From: Rhynchobatus australiae
Lineage: Eukaryota
Direction of reading: 5' to 3'
Length of the DNA: 64,000 nucleotides
NCBI GenBank assembly: GCA_034780895.1
Contig: JAUZTB010000062.1
Location: 12,661,165 to 12,725,164 of the forward strand
This document shows positions 60,331 to 64,000 of the stretch, piece by piece (position 1 is the first letter of the stretch; each line of letters begins with the position of its first letter). A program made the position numbers and the translations under genes. The notes beneath the pieces were generated by a model. The model worked only from the letters and a program-made list of their open reading frames with translations. It did no database searches and was not told the origin of the DNA.

Positions 60331-63300
60331 GGTTTACATTTTGACAATCATTTGTAAAAACAGATGATCCTGCCCATGCGCGTTTATGTAACTTTTTTTA
60401 ACTGTATGCCGTCTTCGTCTTCAACGAATTTGACATGACCCCACAAGAATAAAATTGTTGAATTTGGCCTTGTGGCAATGAAATAACAAATATTGTCCAT
60501 CAATTGCATTAACAGTGCACAACATTGCGTCGTCTCCTATATGGTTGTAAACCTCCCAATTATGCGCCTCCCAGTCATTTACAAACTCTGTCCACTAAAT
60601 CTCGCACTTTATTGCACACTTTATTATTGGGATGTTGCAGTCTTGTTTCATTTTAGGTTAAACCACACCATACGGACTTTAACGATGCTTACTTATCAAG
60701 CTTGAAACAACGGTGCAAGAATCGTTCTGACAACAGCGCTTTAAAATCACCGATCTCTGCACAAAGTTGGAGCTAATGGTATCTTTGGGTGAAATTCCTG
60801 GATGGAATGTCAATTTGGCACCGAATGCATTTATTTCGTTTATGTTGAATTATAAAAGAAGATAACGGAATTGCTAATTATCCGCGTGCATTTCTTGAAT
60901 TATGGCACGATAAAACACTGGTTATCTCCCGAACTGTTATTTGCCCGTCACTCGCCACCGCCCTATCAGAGTTCTAGCGATGAAGGTGATGGATGCGTGC
61001 ATTTCCAGCAAGCATTCGGCACATTTTACACGAAGTATATAGGACAGGAGAATTTCTGGAGTGATATAATTAGTGCTGCCATCCATCCATTCAATAAAAA
61101 CACGGTCTGATTGATGGCGAATTCGCAAAATTGACAGCATCCGTTCGAAAAAGGGTACTACCGATTTGGAACTTGCGTAAATCTTTTGATCTTGGCTCAG
61201 AAAACATGTGTTGTACACGGATAACTAAAGTAAAACTGTGACGAGATTTATTGGAAAATCGACGTTAAAATGCGCCTGTGAAGAATTTGTAAGAATTTCA
61301 AAAGCTGATAAATCCACCTCGGAGCAATTTTAGGCAAAAAAAAAACACCTTGAACTGAGACAAGGAAGGTGAAATAGAATATTCTAACTGCAACAGTATA
61401 AATGCTATTCACCGAATCAGAGCCTTGTGGCCAATTTTAGATAAGCATCCTTGTGATCTTTAGTCCATGTTACCTAAGTTTTTTTTAAATTAGCCCCTTA
61501 AACCATTCGGCACCACGGAACAGAACAAAAAACTTTTCCCCCACACTTTAAAAAAAAATCGATGCCTCTAGTTTTAGCTCCCCTACCCATTCACCTCANN
61601 NNNNNNNNTGTTAGTTAAACAGCAAGCTGGATTAATTCAAATTCTTGCAAGATTGTTCAGGCGTACAACAGTTGCATCTACCCAGACTTGCATATCACAT
61701 AGAACTAACTAACTTCCCATGACTTATCTGCAAAGGACATAGTTGCCTTTTGTGAAACCAGCTTCGATCCGTCAGAACATTGTTTGTATCTCAGTTTTTG
61801 CGCGATGTTTCATACTATTTTGTTGCATATTCTGAAATGCAAATATATTTAAGTGTTGATTTATATTTATTTTTAAACCGTTCTAGTAATTAAAATAAAT
61901 TATGTTGGTTTGTCAGGAACGTGCTAACTTTTTATCAGTCCAATAAATTTCTTACGTGAACTTTTTAACGAACTATAACAACGAGTGAACTGCAAAGCAT
62001 TTCGGAACATTGTATTTCTGTGGTTTGAAATTAAATTATAACTTCTCGGCTAAATCCAGGGCAGTTGTGTGCAGCTAGGTTCAGTCCTTTGCACGCAGGA
62101 CGGACGTTTCAATGCTTATAATTTCAACTTTCTTCTCATGCTGGAGAAAGTATACATTTTTTTTAGAGAAGTGATTACCCCCATCCCCACTCTACAAAAA
62201 AAAAGTCAAACTACATGTTTCCCGTGGAGATGAAAAGAAAATGAGGGTCTTTTTCGTGCCTTTTTTTTTGCTCATTTCAGGTTTTTCAGAGATGTTCTCG
62301 CTCAACCATAAAAATGAAAAGACCCTGCACCAAAAAAAAGAAGTGTGCTCACGTTTTTGTTTTAAGAACCAGTCCAGCAAACGAATGAAGCATATCTTGG
62401 GGGAGGTGAGTTCCTCATGTTGTGATTCTTGATGGGTCAGTGGTTGACACAGTCACACACACCAGCCTTCCTCGCTCACTGTGCGGGGAGATTTTGTCAA
62501 GTTTTTGGGGCCGTGGCGCCACCTCTGGTTCCAATAAAGTATTACACCGCCAAACGTTCTGCATTGGTGAGTTTTGTTGACAAGCCGTTATCTTTAACAG
62601 AGATATACAACAATCATCAATGAGATAATTAAGGCGATTTTACATTGTTCCTATTTTGAAGGGGCAAGGATTTCTAGTCGCGCTCGGCAATCCAATAAAT
62701 TCGTTCCGACAAAACTCTGGCTGGTAAATATAAAACGGGTCACAATAATTTTATTTTCTTTTCACAGATCCTTCGAAATAAACGTTATACAATGACATTT
62801 CTTGTGGAGTTCTACTTTTATCAGAAATGAACGTATTAACGTTGTAACGGTGCTTAATCCCTGAAAGGCGATTTTGAGAGATTTTAATAGATTTTTTTTG
62901 CCATCGTGCAAAGAACATTGGATTATCCAATTGGCATTTCACATAGTCCAAAATCGGACTGAAATCCATTCCTACTGGAAAATAAAAGCGATGCGCGAAC
63001 GCTTACGAGTTTCGATGATTTTTTTTCTTTTTAAAAGAGAAAAGCTATTGACAAGAACTTCCGAGAGCCAAACTGCGCCGGATGCATTTCTTGAATAATT
63101 TAACTCGTTAAACTATTCTTATCACGAAAAGCAAAAAAAAAGTTGTTGCCGGGAAGGCGTTCAGTCACAGCATCCAAAGGCCCATTAAAGTCATTATTAA
63201 CGTGTCTTGAATAATAACAACTCTCATTAAAGTGGCTAATTTATTTAGCTCCGTGAAAAATGCAATTAAAATCCCAAGGAAAAGCATCCTAGCAGCCGTG

Positions 63301-64000
63301 TTAATCAGGACTTTTTTTTCGTGTCTGCAATAACTCTATATTGTATATATGGCCTAAAATATATCGAAAGTGATATAATTACAAATGCTTTGAAATATAA
63401 TGATTGCAAGAAGTTTTAACAACTTTTTCTTGGGCTGTTCATAAATTTAATTATGATTAAGTTCAATTGATGGAGCATTGTACCAAGATGCGAGTTCCTT
63501 GTGAATCCAAAAAATACGTGGAGGAAAAGACGACAGATTCCTAATGAAGCTTTCACCAGCCAAAGGCCAGCGCTGGCAAAGAAAGCTTGGATTATTTTCC
63601 ATTAAACCCCGTCGGAAGGATTCCCCACAATCATGAAAGTATTTGGATTCTTCACAAGTCAAACATGCACCCATCGGCTCCCCAAGACAGGCTCATAGGT
63701 CAAAGCATAACTGCGTCCCCACTGAACAGAACGTGGTTTCCGAATATGAAAACCTATTGGCCACATCGTTATACTTCGCTCTAAGAAACTTGTCTTTTGT
63801 TACCGATCCTGCACTTGCTTCAGGCTGTTTCATCGGCACAACCTGTGGCATTTTGCAACAAAACGTGTAAATCAGACATTTTAGCAGAGTTGAGATGCAT
63901 ACGCGGAACTGGGTTAAGAATCGAATGGGACTTGTTTTTTACAAACTCACTGAACGATTTAAACTGCCTTTCTGGGTTTTTTTTTGCACTGGCATGCACA

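Larger units (their letters stand above)
56800..64000. promoter_or_regulatory. CpG-retaining, transposon-free domain (putative non-methylated island or regulatory domain)
   Basis: Abrupt rise in CG dinucleotides despite AT-rich composition; no recognisable retroelement fragments; E-box, GC-box, CCAAT and NRF1-like motifs. Confidence 0.65.

Overview
Vertebrate nuclear DNA, almost certainly from a cartilaginous fish (shark or ray), judged from HE1/V-SINE-type SINEs, HER1-like CR1 tails, a DeuSINE and elasmobranch-type Penelope termini. I found no credible host protein-coding exon: every ORF with recognisable similarity is a decayed retroelement fragment (CR1, Rex1/Babar, Tx1, RTE, Penelope GIY-YIG, Gypsy). 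The window looks like intergenic or large-intron DNA with 11 N-gaps. Positions 1-56.7 kb are CpG-depleted and carry many transposon remnants. From about 56.8 kb to the end, CpGs are abundant and no transposons are recognisable, which suggests the edge of an unmethylated regulatory domain. Best leads: (1) repeated minimal hammerhead-ribozyme motifs in Penelope-type termini, including a possible non-canonical core variant; (2) a 1-kb element with ~190-bp terminal inverted repeats; (3) a near-perfect palindrome exactly at the CpG boundary; (4) promoter- and enhancer-like motif clusters. Family assignments were made by eye from remembered consensus motifs, not database searches, and boundaries are approximate.
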